This document shows positions 63,877 to 64,000 of a stretch of DNA of 64,000 bases, one piece after another. A model generated the notes under the pieces. It was not told the origin of the DNA and searched no databases. It saw only the letters and a program-made list of their open reading frames with translations. This stretch comes from Actinomycetota bacterium. Its GTDB lineage: Bacteria > Actinomycetota > Thermoleophilia > Solirubrobacterales > 70-9. The position numbers were made by a program, and so were the translations under genes. The DNA is taken from positions 494-64,493 of the forward strand of contig JAFDWO010000136.1 of the NCBI GenBank assembly GCA_018268415.1, in the 5' to 3' direction. The number at the start of each line of letters is the position of its first letter. Positions within the stretch are counted from its first letter, which is position 1.

Positions 63877-64000
63877 ATGCGTAAGTTGATCGGCGCCTGC
63901 GTGGCGCTTGCAGCTCTTGTCTTGGCCGGAGTCGCGGTCGCTCAGATCGTCTCCGGGGTTCCGTCGGCACAGCCGGCGGAAGGCTCAAAAGCGAACCTGC
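63877..64000 (+). CDS. secreted protein, 5' fragment (continues beyond the window)
   Basis: ATG 63877 follows a GGGAGAA RBS. MRKLIGACVALAALVLAGVAVAQ looks like a signal peptide. The frame is open to the window end. Confidence 0.5.
   Translation, partial: MRKLIGACVALAALVLAGVAVAQIVSGVPSAQPAEGSKANL

Overview
High-GC (about 70% judged from sampled lines, not computed) chromosomal segment with Actinomycetota-like gene content; the taxon cannot be fixed from sequence alone. I support about 60 protein genes. Coordinates 1-19 kb carry housekeeping, repair and lipid genes: EEP phosphoesterases, cytochrome c, nth, an inositol-lipid trio (PAP2_3-like, CDP-alcohol phosphatidyltransferase, ino1), a PHP fusion protein, UDG, an RlmD-like methyltransferase, argF, prmC, lysS, SDR and ABC-F. 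Coordinates 19.5-51 kb form a catabolic super-cluster of several tightly coupled operons. It encodes two ALS-like TPP enzymes, an FGGY kinase, an HpcH aldolase, PrpD-like, ALDH, GMC oxidoreductase, an enolase-superfamily enzyme, split transketolase, CoA-transferase, a PaaK-like ligase, cyclases, SDRs, a thioesterase, a sugar ABC transporter and a HisD paralogue. Its regulators are GntR, two IclR, RpiR and LacI. Coordinates 51.1-60.5 kb are a visibly lower-GC accessory region next to an unusual tRNA-like gene whose 3' half is repeated 6 kb downstream. This region carries a RelE/ParE module, an anchored unknown protein, an AAA(DUF4143) ATPase, a GmrSD-like DUF262 nuclease, an amidase and a frameshifted HNH gene, but no integrase. 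Non-coding highlights are listed as separate findings: a 1.4-kb repeat-dense region with relatives elsewhere, three near-identical 22-bp-stem REP-like hairpins, exact 22-bp-phased iterons, 11-bp-phased GTCAC direct repeats (PHO-box-like), and one LacI-type palindrome present at three distant loci. All calls come from reading the sequence and ORF translations; no database search was run.
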